From positions 240,001 to 272,000 of the forward strand of contig FP565575.1 in NCBI GenBank assembly GCA_000091165.1: a stretch of 32,000 nt of DNA, given 5' to 3'. The position numbers and the translations under genes are program-made. Below, piece by piece: positions 1 through 10,300 of this stretch. A model generated the notes under the pieces. The model was not told the DNA's origin. It saw only the letters and a program-made list of their open reading frames with translations, and searched no databases. The stretch's first letter is position 1. Every line of letters begins with the position of its first letter. This DNA comes from Candidatus Methylomirabilis oxygeniifera. Lineage in GTDB: Bacteria; Methylomirabilota; Methylomirabilia; Methylomirabilales; Methylomirabilaceae.

Positions 1-1
1 G

Positions 2-1177
2 CGCGGAGGAGAGCGATGCCTGGAAGCGCTCTGCGAGCTCCTTCCGACAGCGGATATCTTTACCCTGCTGCACGTACAGGGAAGCGTATCGAAGACCATC
101 GAACAGCGGCGGATCCGGACGTCGGTCATTCAGACGTTGCCGTTTGCCGCGACCCACTATCGCTACTATCTGCCCCTCTTTCCGTGGGCCATCGAGCAAT
201 TCAAGCTCGATGGATACGATCTGATCCTCTCCAGCAGCCACTGTGTGGCGAAAGGGATCAAGCCTCCGCCACAAGCGCTGCACATCGCGTATCTGTACAC
301 CCCGATGCGATACATCTGGGATATGCAGGATGCCTACGTCGCCTCCGGTCGGATGGGTCCGGTGTCCAGACTGATGCTGCCCGCCATCGCCGGACGGTTA
401 CGGCGGTGGGATATCGCGGTCAACACCAGGGTTGATCACTTTATTGCTATCTCATATTATGTAGCGGATCGGGTCCGCCGCCATTACGGTCGGGAGGCTA
501 TCGTCATCTATCCTCCGGTCGAGACCGCCCGGTTTCATATCGCCGAGCGGACGGATGACTACTACCTGGCGGTCGGCGCCTTCGCCCCCTATAAGCGGAT
601 CGACCTGGCGATCGAGGCCTTTAACCGCTTGCGGCGACGCCTGGTGATCGTGGGTGAGGGACAGGAGGGGAGTCGCCTGCGGCACATGGCAGGTCCTACT
701 ATCGAGTTTCTCGGGTGGCGATCCGATCGCGAGGTCGCCGACCTTCTCAGCCGCTGCCGTGCGCTGGTCTTTCCGGGTGAAGAAGACTTCGGCATTCTCC
801 CTGTAGAAGCGATGGCCTGTGGACGGCCGGTCATTGCGTATGGGAGGGGCGGCGTGACGGAAACCGTGATTCCGCTGGAGCGTTCAGCGTTCAGCGTTCA
901 ACGTTCTGGGTTGCAGAACGCCTTCAGCCTTCAGCCTTCAGCCTTCAGCCTCGGACCTCAACCTCCCACCGGCGTGTTCTTCTATGAACAGACCGTCGAG
1001 GCGCTGGTTGATGCGATTGATCTTTTTGAGCGCTCATCCGATCGTTTCGATCCGGAGGCGCTTCGCGCGCACGCCCTCACGTTCGACCGTTCGATCTTCG
1101 AGAAGCGGATCGCAAGCTATATCGATGAACGTCTTGAGGAATGGACACGTGGGGGGCGCCGTCGTCGGCCATGCTGA
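2..1177 (+). CDS. Glycosyltransferase family 4 (GT-B, group 1), 5'-truncated by the window edge
   Basis: Frame 2 is open from nt 2 (RGGERCLEALCELLPTADIFTLLHVQGSVSKTIEQRRIRTSVIQTLPFAATHYRYYLPLFP...), so the track ORF 137..1177 is only the part after an internal TTG. The C-terminal half carries the GT4 block EDFGILPVEAMACGRPVIAYGRGGVTETV. Stop TGA 1175-1177. Confidence 0.85.
   Translation, partial: RGGERCLEALCELLPTADIFTLLHVQGSVSKTIEQRRIRTSVIQTLPFAATHYRYYLPLFPWAIEQFKLDGYDLILSSSHCVAKGIKPPPQALHIAYLYTPMRYIWDMQDAYVASGRMGPVSRLMLPAIAGRLRRWDIAVNTRVDHFIAISYYVADRVRRHYGREAIVIYPPVETARFHIAERTDDYYLAVGAFAPYKRIDLAIEAFNRLRRRLVIVGEGQEGSRLRHMAGPTIEFLGWRSDREVADLLSRCRALVFPGEEDFGILPVEAMACGRPVIAYGRGGVTETVIPLERSAFSVQRSGLQNAFSLQPSAFSLGPQPPTGVFFYEQTVEALVDAIDLFERSSDRFDPEALRAHALTFDRSIFEKRIASYIDERLEEWTRGGRRRRPC
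881..952 (+). repeat. Two heptamer tandem arrays inside the GT4 coding sequence
   Basis: CGTTCAG CGTTCAG CGTTCAA CGTTC (881-906) and CCTTCAG x4 + CCTC (921-952), with a 6-bp hairpin CGTTCT/AGAACG at 902-920. Translated in frame as SAFSVQRSGLQNAFSLQPSAFSL. Confidence 0.9.
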
Positions 1178-2574
1178 AACGCCATAGCCAGTTTATCGAA
1201 AGTCTCATGCTGATTGCCGATCTGCTGGTGATCAGCGCCAGTTGGCTCGGGTCGTACTATTTCCGCTTCTATTGGGGGCCGGTTCAAGTCTATCGCGACA
1301 TTCCTGACGTCCGTCCGTACCTCCTCCTGCTCGGTCTCATCATCATCGTTTGGGGGATCGCGTTTAAAGCCTTCGGGTTGTATCGTCCCAAGCGCATCTC
1401 CTCACGGCTTGCTGAGGTGAGGGATATCGCGAAGGCCTGTACGCTCGCGGTGTTGATCCTGATTGCGGCCACCTTCTTTCTGAAGCAGTTCGAGTTCTCG
1501 CGGGTTGTGATTCTCTATTTTTGGATCTTCAGTATCGTGTCGGCCAGCCTTGTCAGGAGCAGCTTCCGCGAGGTGCTCCGCATGACGAGACGTAAAGGAT
1601 ACAATCTCCGGCATGTTCTGATTGTCGGCGACGGGGTGTTGGCGCGACAGGTCGTAGAAAGGATCCGCGTACGCCCGGAATTGGGGTTACGTATCAGGGG
1701 ACTCCTGGTTGGAGATCCGGGGATGGTCGGACGACAGGTTGACGAGCTGAGCGCGCTCGGCACCTATGAGCAGGCGGGAGAGCTGGCGGAAGAGCTGTCG
1801 ATCGATAGGGTCTTTATCGCCATTCCACTGGAGGCCTACGGACGAATGGAGGGGATCCTCCGAGGTCTGGAGAATGGGACTGCCGCCGTCCACGCCGTGC
1901 CGGATCTTCATCAGTTCATGACCTTGCGTGGCGGGGTGGAGGAGTTTGACGGCCTGCCCCTTATCAGCCTGCAGGACTCGCCCCATTACGGGTGGAGCCT
2001 GGTCGGCAAACGGGCGATAGATCTGGTGTTGTCGAGCGTCACTCTCCTGGTCATCGGACCGCTGTTGCTCCTCGTTGCGGCCATCATCAAGTTCACATCG
2101 CCGGGCCCGGTCCTGTACCGTCAGGAGCGCATGGGTCTCGACGGCAGAACCTTCCATATGTTGAAGTTCCGGTCGATGCGGGACGAGGCTGAAGAGGAGA
2201 CCGGCCCGGTGTGGGCCGCGCGCGACGACGAGCGTCGAACGGGGGTCGGCGCCTTACTTCGTCGAACCTCGCTGGATGAACTGCCGCAACTGGTCAATGT
2301 GTTGAAGGGGGAGATGAGTCTGGTTGGTCCCCGGCCGGAGCGGCCGGTCTTTATAGAGGAGTTTCGAAAGCGGATCCCCCGGTATATGCTTCGACATAAG
2401 GTGAAGGCGGGCATCACCGGGTGGGCTCAGATCAACGGGTGGAGGGGCGATACCTCAATCGAGAAACGGATCGAGTGTGACCTGTTCTATATTGAGAACT
2501 GGTCAATATTTTTCGATCTAAGGATTCTCTGGCTGAGTTTCTGGAAAGGGTTCATTCATAAGAATGCGATCTGA
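1171..2574 (+). CDS. Polyprenyl-phosphate sugar-1-phosphate transferase (bacterial sugar transferase, WbaP/WcaJ/EpsB-like initiating enzyme)
   Basis: N-terminal TM helices and a central Rossmann-like region. The C-terminal sugar-transferase domain reads KRAIDLVLSSVTLLVIGPLLLLVAAIIKFTSPGPVLYRQERMGLDGRTFHMLKFRSM...DELPQLVNVLKGEMSLVGPRPERP. ATG 1171 overlaps the upstream stop (ATGCTGA). The track start 1141 has GAGGA abutting the ATG with no spacer, so 1171 is preferred but 1141 is not excluded. Confidence 0.85.
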   Translation: MLKRHSQFIESLMLIADLLVISASWLGSYYFRFYWGPVQVYRDIPDVRPYLLLLGLIIIVWGIAFKAFGLYRPKRISSRLAEVRDIAKACTLAVLILIAATFFLKQFEFSRVVILYFWIFSIVSASLVRSSFREVLRMTRRKGYNLRHVLIVGDGVLARQVVERIRVRPELGLRIRGLLVGDPGMVGRQVDELSALGTYEQAGELAEELSIDRVFIAIPLEAYGRMEGILRGLENGTAAVHAVPDLHQFMTLRGGVEEFDGLPLISLQDSPHYGWSLVGKRAIDLVLSSVTLLVIGPLLLLVAAIIKFTSPGPVLYRQERMGLDGRTFHMLKFRSMRDEAEEETGPVWAARDDERRTGVGALLRRTSLDELPQLVNVLKGEMSLVGPRPERPVFIEEFRKRIPRYMLRHKVKAGITGWAQINGWRGDTSIEKRIECDLFYIENWSIFFDLRILWLSFWKGFIHKNAI

Positions 2575-2647
2575 TAGTGTCTAGTGTCAAGTGTTGAGTT
2601 GAATACCCGCACCTCAAGACTCTGCACTCAACACTCAACACTGCAAA
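2575..2647. repeat. Opposed heptamer arrays forming a potential long hairpin (spacer element)
   Basis: TAGTGTC TAGTGTC AAGTGTT GAGTTGA (2575-2602) and CTCAAGA CTCTGCA CTCAACA CTCAACA CTGCAAA (2613-2647). TGTTGAG is the reverse complement of CTCAACA. Confidence 0.85.
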
Positions 2648-2669
2648 CCGTGTTTGCTCGGGAGGTCTC

Positions 2670-3590
2670 ATGAAAGTACTGGTGACGGGTGGCGCGGGAT
2701 TCATCGGGTCTCATGTTGTAGATGCCCTGGCGAAAGAGGGCCATGACGTTGCTGTGGTCGATGACCTCTCGAAGGGGAAGCGAGAACAGGTACATCCTTC
2801 GGCACGCTTTTACCAGGTAGATATTCGTAATCGTCAGGTCCTCGAGGAGGTCTTTCGTGCCGAGCGTCCAGAGGTCGTCAATCATCATGCGGCCCAGGGT
2901 AACCTGCGCCGGTCGATGACTGAACCGTCGTTTGACGCCTCCGTCAATATCGTCGGCTCGCTGAATCTGTTCGAGCTGGCCCTCGCCTGCACGGTGAGGA
3001 AGTTCGTGTTCATCTCGTCGGGGGGGGCGGTCTATGGCGAACCCCAGCGGCTGCCTGTCGATGAACGTCATCCGACCTGTCCGATGTCCGCGTACGGGCT
3101 CAGTAAATACACTGTAGAGCAGTACCTGCGTCTCTTCGATGGGTCCGGGTTGGATTATACGATCCTGCGGTACGCGAATGTGTACGGTCCGCGGCAGGAT
3201 CCCACCGGCGAGGCCGGTGTCGTAGCGATCTTCAGTCGGCAGATGCTCGCCGGCGAGCGTCCGACGATTTTCGGCGACGGTACCAAGACCAGGGACTACG
3301 TTTACGTTGGTGATGTTGTTGCGGCGAACCTCTTAGCCATGACGGGGAAGGGGGCCTCAGGTCGAAGCTATAATATAGGTCTGGGGCGCGAGGTCAGCGA
3401 TTGGCAGATCTTCGAGTTGGTACGGAGCGCGGTTGGCGCCACGCTGGAGCCGATTCTGGCAACCAAACGACCCGGAGAGATCGATAGAATCTGCCTGGAC
3501 GCCTCCTTAGCCAAGACAGAGCTGGGCTGGGAGCCGGCCATGTCCCTTGAGGAGGGAATGGCCAGAACCGTTGCGTTTTATCGTGGGTAA
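2670..3590 (+). CDS. NAD-dependent epimerase/dehydratase (SDR; UDP-hexose 4-epimerase-like)
   Basis: N-terminal Rossmann motif MKVLVTGGAGFIGSHVVDAL and catalytic YxxxK (SAYGLSKYTVEQY). 306 aa. GGGAGG SD 5 nt upstream of the ATG. Confidence 0.85.
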   Translation: MKVLVTGGAGFIGSHVVDALAKEGHDVAVVDDLSKGKREQVHPSARFYQVDIRNRQVLEEVFRAERPEVVNHHAAQGNLRRSMTEPSFDASVNIVGSLNLFELALACTVRKFVFISSGGAVYGEPQRLPVDERHPTCPMSAYGLSKYTVEQYLRLFDGSGLDYTILRYANVYGPRQDPTGEAGVVAIFSRQMLAGERPTIFGDGTKTRDYVYVGDVVAANLLAMTGKGASGRSYNIGLGREVSDWQIFELVRSAVGATLEPILATKRPGEIDRICLDASLAKTELGWEPAMSLEEGMARTVAFYRG

Positions 3591-3713
3591 GTGCACTCCG
3601 TGGCAGGGGAGAAAGACGTTGAATTTTCTCACGATTTCAGCTACCCTGACCCATAATCGGCATTAGTCAAAAAGGCTTCGACAGGGAGTATCACTATTCG
3701 ATATCCACAGATT

Positions 3714-4673
3714 GTGACCCGTTTTCCCCGGAAGCAGCTTCTCGTCCTGGGTGATATCATGGTGGACGAGTATATCTGGGGGAGCGTGTCGCGGCTATCT
3801 CCGGAGGCCCCGGTTCCGGTCGTGGAGGTAAAGGCCGAGAGTTTTCGTCTGGGGGGCGCGGGCAATGTAGCGGCCAACATTCAATCCTTAGGCGGACGAG
3901 CGATCCTGGCAGGGGTCGTCGGCAATGATCTGCCTGGGGAGCGACTGATTCAGGAGATTGAGGCTGCCGGGATCAAAAGCGATGGGGTGGTGGTAGACCG
4001 CGCGCGCCCGACCACCATCAAAACCCGAGTGGTTGCGGGGAGCCAACAGATCGTTCGGTTCGATCGGGAGAGTATGTCGGATCTCTCGAAAGAGGCGGCG
4101 GATCGGCTGCTTGAGGTGGTGACGAGCCGGCTTGCTGAGGCGGATGCCGTGCTTATCTCGGATTACGCGAAGGGAGTGATCAGTAAGCGGGTTGCCAGAC
4201 AGATCCTCTCTCTGGCGCGGCGTCATCGGAAAATCGTCATCGTCGATCCGAAAGTCCACCACTTTCCCCTCTACAAGGGGGCGACCGTCATTACCCCCAA
4301 TCATCACGAGGCCTTAGCCTTCGCCCATCTTCCCGCATGGGGACAAGAAGATCTCCTGGCTGTTGCGGGAAGGGAGTTACTTCGAAAACTCGAAGTCAAG
4401 GCCATATTGATCACGCGGGGAGAGGCCGGGATGTCGCTCTTCGAGGATGGACGGGTGACGCATATTCCGGCAGTGGCGAAGGAGGTCTATGATGTCACAG
4501 GGGCGGGAGACACTGTTCTGGCAGCCTTTGCCCTGGCTATGGCATCGGGTGCCTTCCTGCGAGAGGCGGCCGTCATTGCCAATCATGCCGCCGGTGTCGT
4601 CGTGGGGAGAGCCGGAACGGCAACGATCAGTCGTGAAGAGCTGCTGGACGCATTAAAATACGGGTCTGGATAA
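3714..4673 (+). CDS. hldA: D-glycero-beta-D-manno-heptose-7-phosphate kinase (RfaE domain I type, PfkB family)
   Basis: LVLGDIMVDEYIWGSVSRLSPEAPVPVV is the RfaE domain-I N-terminal signature. PfkB C-terminal motif DVTGAGDTVLAAF. GTG start. No adenylyltransferase domain II is attached. Confidence 0.8.
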   Translation: MTRFPRKQLLVLGDIMVDEYIWGSVSRLSPEAPVPVVEVKAESFRLGGAGNVAANIQSLGGRAILAGVVGNDLPGERLIQEIEAAGIKSDGVVVDRARPTTIKTRVVAGSQQIVRFDRESMSDLSKEAADRLLEVVTSRLAEADAVLISDYAKGVISKRVARQILSLARRHRKIVIVDPKVHHFPLYKGATVITPNHHEALAFAHLPAWGQEDLLAVAGRELLRKLEVKAILITRGEAGMSLFEDGRVTHIPAVAKEVYDVTGAGDTVLAAFALAMASGAFLREAAVIANHAAGVVVGRAGTATISREELLDALKYGSG

Positions 4674-6437
<1,764 letters not shown>

Positions 6438-6445
6438 TTCGCCCA

Positions 6446-7285
6446 ATGGCACTCACAAGACAGGTTCAGATCGGTAAACTCACGCTGGGCGGTGGAGCGC
6501 CGCTTCTCCTGGTGGCCGGCCCATGTGTCATTGAGAGCGAGGATCACCTGCTCAGGGTCGGTGAGGCGATCAGGACGGTCTGTGAGACATGCCGAGTTCC
6601 CTTCATCCTGAAGGCCTCTTATGATAAGGCGAATCGGTCGTCAGGCCGTTCGTTCCGCGGTCCGGGTCTAGAGGAGGGGCTTCGCATCCTGGAGCGGGTC
6701 AAGGCGAAGCTGGATGTGCCCGTGATCTCCGACGTCCACGACATACAGCAGATATCGGCCGCGGCTCAGGTGCTGGATATTCTTCAGATCCCGGCGTTCT
6801 TGTGTCGGCAGACCGACCTGCTTGTCGCCGCCGCAAGGTCAGGTAAACCGGTCAATGTGAAGAAGGGACAGTTTCTATCGCCATGGGATGCCGGCAATAT
6901 TGTGGAGAAGCTCCGATCCGCCGGTTCTGAGGCGATCATTCTGACGGAGCGGGGAAGCAGTTTCGGCTACAACAACCTGGTGGTGGACATCCGTTCGCTC
7001 CCGATCATGCGCAGTTTCGGCTATCCGGTCCTGTTCGATGTCACCCACAGCGTACAACTGCCTGGCGGGGCGGGCGATGCCTCGGGAGGACAGCCGGAAT
7101 TTGTCCCCTATGTTGCGCGCGCCGCTGTGGCGGCAGGGGTCGATGGGCTCTTTATGGAGGTCCATCCCGATCCCGCCAATGCGCCGAGCGACGGCCCTAC
7201 CATGCTCCGGCTCGATGCGCTTCCGGGACTGCTGAATCAGTTGACCGCAATTGAGCGTGTGGTCACACCATACGTCAACGGATGA
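6446..7285 (+). CDS. kdsA: 3-deoxy-8-phosphooctulonate (KDO-8-P) synthase
   Basis: Full-length KdsA pattern: [52 protein letters not shown]. 279 aa. Confidence 0.93.
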   Translation: MALTRQVQIGKLTLGGGAPLLLVAGPCVIESEDHLLRVGEAIRTVCETCRVPFILKASYDKANRSSGRSFRGPGLEEGLRILERVKAKLDVPVISDVHDIQQISAAAQVLDILQIPAFLCRQTDLLVAAARSGKPVNVKKGQFLSPWDAGNIVEKLRSAGSEAIILTERGSSFGYNNLVVDIRSLPIMRSFGYPVLFDVTHSVQLPGGAGDASGGQPEFVPYVARAAVAAGVDGLFMEVHPDPANAPSDGPTMLRLDALPGLLNQLTAIERVVTPYVNG

Positions 7286-7387
7286 CAGGGTATAGGGTAC
7301 AGGGGGTAGGGTGTAGGGTGTAGGGTGGAAGAGAAACGAAGTTCTCCAACGATCTATGCGTGTTGCTACCCGACACCCCGCACCCGG
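7286..7387. repeat. Six TAGGGTG-type heptamers with an opposing C-rich array (kdsA-msbA spacer)
   Basis: CAGGGTA TAGGGTA CAGGGGG TAGGGTG TAGGGTG TAGGGTG (7286-7327), then CTACCCG ACACCCCG CACCCGG (7366-7387). Confidence 0.85.
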
Positions 7388-7396
7388 CACTGAAAG

Positions 7397-9223
7397 ATGC
7401 AAACTCCCCTGCAACAATTCCTTCGCGTGCTTCGCTGCGCCGCTCCCTACCGGGCGCGGGTCATTCTTGCCGTCGTTTCCCTGATCCTCATCGCCGTCCT
7501 CAATGCGGTGTCTATCGGTTCGCTCCAGCCGATCTTTGACGGTCTCTTCGCCGCGGAGGGCATCGGATCAGGGATCAGTCTGCCTGATCCGATCATGACC
7601 CTGCTCGGACATCGGCTGGTCCGGTTTCAGGCGTTCCTCCAGGCTCATCGGATCAGCACCCTCACCTTTATCGGCGGGGCCCTCTTCTTCGTCTTTGTGG
7701 CGAAAGGCGCGCTTATTTACATCCAACAACTGCAACTACGGTATGTGGCGGAGGGGATTCAGCGGGATATCCGAAACGATCTGTACACGCATCTGCACGC
7801 GCTGTCCCTCGGCTTTTTTACGCGACGCTCGACAGGCGAGATCATGTCCCGCCTCAGCTCTGACGTCGAAAGCCTTGGCGACGCTTCGACCGAACTCTTC
7901 CGTAACGCCCTGAGGGAGCCGTTCAATATTGTCGGGCTCATCGTATTGCTCTTTCTGATCAAGTGGCAGCTCGCGATCCTGTCGTTGCTCGTCCTGCCGG
8001 TGGCGCTCCTGCCGATTGTGAAGTTCGGTTCCAAGATCCGTCGCAGGGGAACCCTGGTCCAAGAGGGGCGCGCCGAATTGAATACGATCCTGCAGGAAAC
8101 GATTTCCGGCGTCAGGATCGTCAAGGCCTTCGGCATGGAAGAGTATGAGCGGAGACGGTACCGCCATGCCAGTGAGCAGCTTTTCAAAGCCGTGATGCGG
8201 ATCGCCAAGGTTGATGCGCTGACCTCGCCGGTCCTTGAGGTTCTCGGGTCCGTAGGTATTGTTGTCGCGATCTGGGTCGGCGGCTATCTGGTATTTTCAA
8301 AAAGTTTGACCCCTGGAGCGTTCATGGCGTTCCTCGGAGCGCTCGCGTCCCTCTATCAACCGGTCAAGCGGATCAGCCAGATCAATAACAATATTCAGCG
8401 CGGAATGGCCGGCGCCGCGCGGGTATTTGAGATCATGGACCTCCGTCCCGATCTGGTGGAGCAGCCTGGTGCCGCGACGCTCGGGCGGATGCAGGAAGGG
8501 ATACGGTTCCACAACGTGTCCTTCGCCTATGGATCGGAACGGACCGTGCTGCGCGGCATCAGTTTCGGAGCCAAGCTGGGTGAGATCGTTGCGGTCGTCG
8601 GCAGCAGCGGGGCCGGGAAGAGCACCATGGTCAACCTCATCCCGCGCTTCTACGATCCGACGGAGGGCGTCATTACAATCGATGGGGTCGATATCGCGCG
8701 GGCAACCCTGTCGTCGTTGCGCGCACAGATGGGGATCGTGACCCAGGACACGATCTTATTCGACGACACCATCCTGAACAATATCGCCTACGGGCAGCGT
8801 GACGTCGCGTCGGATCTCGTCGTAGAGGCCGCCAGGATTGCCAACGCCGACGAGTTCATCGAGGCCCTCCCGGAGCGGTACGAGACCAGGATCGGCGAGC
8901 GGGGTGTCCGGCTGTCCGGCGGAGAGAAGCAGCGGATCGCCATCGCGAGGGCGATCCTGAAGAACCCGCCTATCCTGATCCTGGATGAAGCGACATCGGC
9001 CCTCGACGCAGAGTCGGAGCGGCTGGTGCAGGAGGCGCTGGATCGGCTGATGCAGAATCGGACCACCTTTGTGATCGCGCACCGGCTGTCCACCGTGATT
9101 CGGGCCGACAAGATTCTGGTGCTGGACGCCGGAAGCTGCGTCGAGCAAGGGACGCACCCGGAGCTGATGGCGCTAGGCGGGGTCTATTGCCGACTGTACA
9201 ATACACAGCGTGCTCACGCCTGA
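7397..9223 (+). CDS. msbA: Lipid A/LPS-core flippase, ABC exporter (MsbA-type)
   Basis: Six-TM exporter domain plus an NBD with Walker A GSSGAGKST, signature LSGGEKQR and Walker B ILILDEATSALD. 608 aa in an LPS gene context. Confidence 0.88.
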   Translation: MQTPLQQFLRVLRCAAPYRARVILAVVSLILIAVLNAVSIGSLQPIFDGLFAAEGIGSGISLPDPIMTLLGHRLVRFQAFLQAHRISTLTFIGGALFFVFVAKGALIYIQQLQLRYVAEGIQRDIRNDLYTHLHALSLGFFTRRSTGEIMSRLSSDVESLGDASTELFRNALREPFNIVGLIVLLFLIKWQLAILSLLVLPVALLPIVKFGSKIRRRGTLVQEGRAELNTILQETISGVRIVKAFGMEEYERRRYRHASEQLFKAVMRIAKVDALTSPVLEVLGSVGIVVAIWVGGYLVFSKSLTPGAFMAFLGALASLYQPVKRISQINNNIQRGMAGAARVFEIMDLRPDLVEQPGAATLGRMQEGIRFHNVSFAYGSERTVLRGISFGAKLGEIVAVVGSSGAGKSTMVNLIPRFYDPTEGVITIDGVDIARATLSSLRAQMGIVTQDTILFDDTILNNIAYGQRDVASDLVVEAARIANADEFIEALPERYETRIGERGVRLSGGEKQRIAIARAILKNPPILILDEATSALDAESERLVQEALDRLMQNRTTFVIAHRLSTVIRADKILVLDAGSCVEQGTHPELMALGGVYCRLYNTQRAHA

Positions 9224-9230
9224 GGCAACG

Positions 9231-10289
9231 ATGGCCGATCTGACTGCGACGATCATCACCCATAACGAGGAAAAGACTATCCAGGCGTGCCTGGAGAGCG
9301 TGACGTGGGCGAAGGAGATCGTGATAGTGGACTCCGGCAGTTCGGACCGCACCCTGGAGATCTGCCGGGGCTACACCGATAAGATTGTGCATCATCCATG
9401 GGCCGGATTCATCGAGCAGAAGAATTTTGCCGTCTCCCTTGCCACGTATGATTGGATTCTGAACCTTGACGCCGACGAACGAGTGCCCGAAGAGCTTCGT
9501 CTGGCCATTGAGCGGGAGCTGTCGGCGCCCCGCCACGACGGGTATCGGATTGCGCGCAGGAACTACTTCCTGGGACGGTGGATACGACATGGGGGGTGGT
9601 ATCCCGATCGAGTGCTTCGCCTGTTTGATCGACGCACAGGGCGGTTCGGGGGCGTGAATCCCCACGCCTACTTCGTCATTCCTGAAGGCTCCGTAGGCTT
9701 CATTGACAGCGATCTGATCCATTACACCTATCAAGACCTCTCGCAATATCTCCAAAAGCAGGACTGGTACTCAGGGATCTCGGCATCGGAACGGGTCAAG
9801 TGGGGGCGGCGGTCCGATTCGATCACACAGATAGAACTGCTGCTGCGGGCGATGCTGAAGTTTGTACAGGTGTATCTACTCAAGCGGGGATTTCTGGATG
9901 GGATGCATGGGTGGATTGTCGCAGCGGGTGCGTCCTACTTCAATATTTTTAAGTATGCCAAGGTATGGGAGGCGGGGTGTACCCGCGATCGAATCGTGAA
10001 AGAGGCTCCGACCGACGGCCTCGCCGGGTCGAGCATCCATGGGCAGCTCTGGCGGCTTGACGCCGAGACCCAGGCCGGCGCCGAGGCGGTGGAACACCTC
10101 GGCGATGTCGGCTGGATCGATGTCGCCGTTCAACCCTTCTTGACCTTTGCGAAGGTGTATCTGTATCGGCAGGCCTGTCGCAATGGGTTGCGCGGGCTGG
10201 TTGACGCAACATTGATGAGTTTCCATATCTTTGTTCGGCATGTGAAGGCATGGGAACTGCTGTTGCGCCGTGAAAGGCTGCGTGAGTGA
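9231..10289 (+). CDS. Glycosyltransferase family 2 (LPS-core KdtX/WaaE-like) with an extended C-terminus
   Basis: LTATIITHNEEKTIQACLESV...IVIVDSGSSDRT...LNLDADERV (DxD). ATG 9231 lies 7 nt after the msbA stop. The C-terminal helical module appears twice (see findings). Confidence 0.8.
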   Translation: MADLTATIITHNEEKTIQACLESVTWAKEIVIVDSGSSDRTLEICRGYTDKIVHHPWAGFIEQKNFAVSLATYDWILNLDADERVPEELRLAIERELSAPRHDGYRIARRNYFLGRWIRHGGWYPDRVLRLFDRRTGRFGGVNPHAYFVIPEGSVGFIDSDLIHYTYQDLSQYLQKQDWYSGISASERVKWGRRSDSITQIELLLRAMLKFVQVYLLKRGFLDGMHGWIVAAGASYFNIFKYAKVWEAGCTRDRIVKEAPTDGLAGSSIHGQLWRLDAETQAGAEAVEHLGDVGWIDVAVQPFLTFAKVYLYRQACRNGLRGLVDATLMSFHIFVRHVKAWELLLRRERLRE

Positions 10290-10300
10290 GCAAGGAAGAG

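Noticed and set aside
16-435. 139-aa plus-strand ORF at the left edge
   Set aside because: It overlaps the GT4 reading frame (frame 2), which is open from nt 2 and carries the family sequence. The alternative frame has no recognisable similarity.
8970-9755. 261-aa minus-strand ORF across the msbA/GT2 junction
   Set aside because: It is antisense to two well-supported genes, has no motifs, and is a GC-rich shadow frame.
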